Assembly (NCBI RefSeq): GCF_006345805.1
Contig: NC_043016.1
Coordinates: 27,466,001 to 27,530,000 of the forward strand
Direction: 5' to 3'
DNA from: Octopus sinensis
Lineage: Eukaryota
DNA length: 64,000 nt
The position numbers and the translations under genes are program-made. Below the pieces are notes generated by a model. It saw only the letters and a program-made list of their open reading frames with translations, was not told where the DNA came from and did no database searches. Shown in pieces: positions 63,996 to 64,000 of this stretch; position 1 is the stretch's first letter, and every line of letters starts with the position of its first letter.

Positions 63996-64000
63996 TTATT

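Overview
This is AT-rich, microsatellite-dense animal DNA; the SINE, MITE and LINE families look like Octopus/coleoid cephalopod (inferred from recalled repeat families). The only host gene I can support is the 3' end of PAN3, the PAN2-PAN3 deadenylase subunit: five plus-strand coding exons (5429-5568, 9156-9285, 12811-12875, 17655-17793, 21302-21448) with GT-AG introns that splice in frame to the stop codon. The rest is introns and downstream DNA filled with transposon material: RTE, CR1 and R4/NeSL-like LINEs, Penelope-like elements (PLE), mariner/Tc1, Tigger, Tc2-like and piggyBac derivatives, foldback MITEs, a probable solo LTR and several tRNA-derived SINE families. There is a 100-N gap at 61696-61795. 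The most striking signal is a recurring module of a type I hammerhead ribozyme in or beside an inverted repeat: five foldable motifs (10.6, 28.9, 46.3, 46.9, 63.4 kb) plus two decayed ones. One lies on the sense strand of a PAN3 intron, in the loop of a ~335-bp near-perfect dsRNA stem. Other highlights are a decayed ARL14EP-N-terminal-like coding fossil antisense in a PAN3 intron, nested piggyBac insertions, SINE domain shuffling, palindrome-forming MITE fusions and a strong orphan poly(A) site 18.6 kb downstream of the PAN3 stop. No searches or folding programs were run; all alignments and pairings are by eye.
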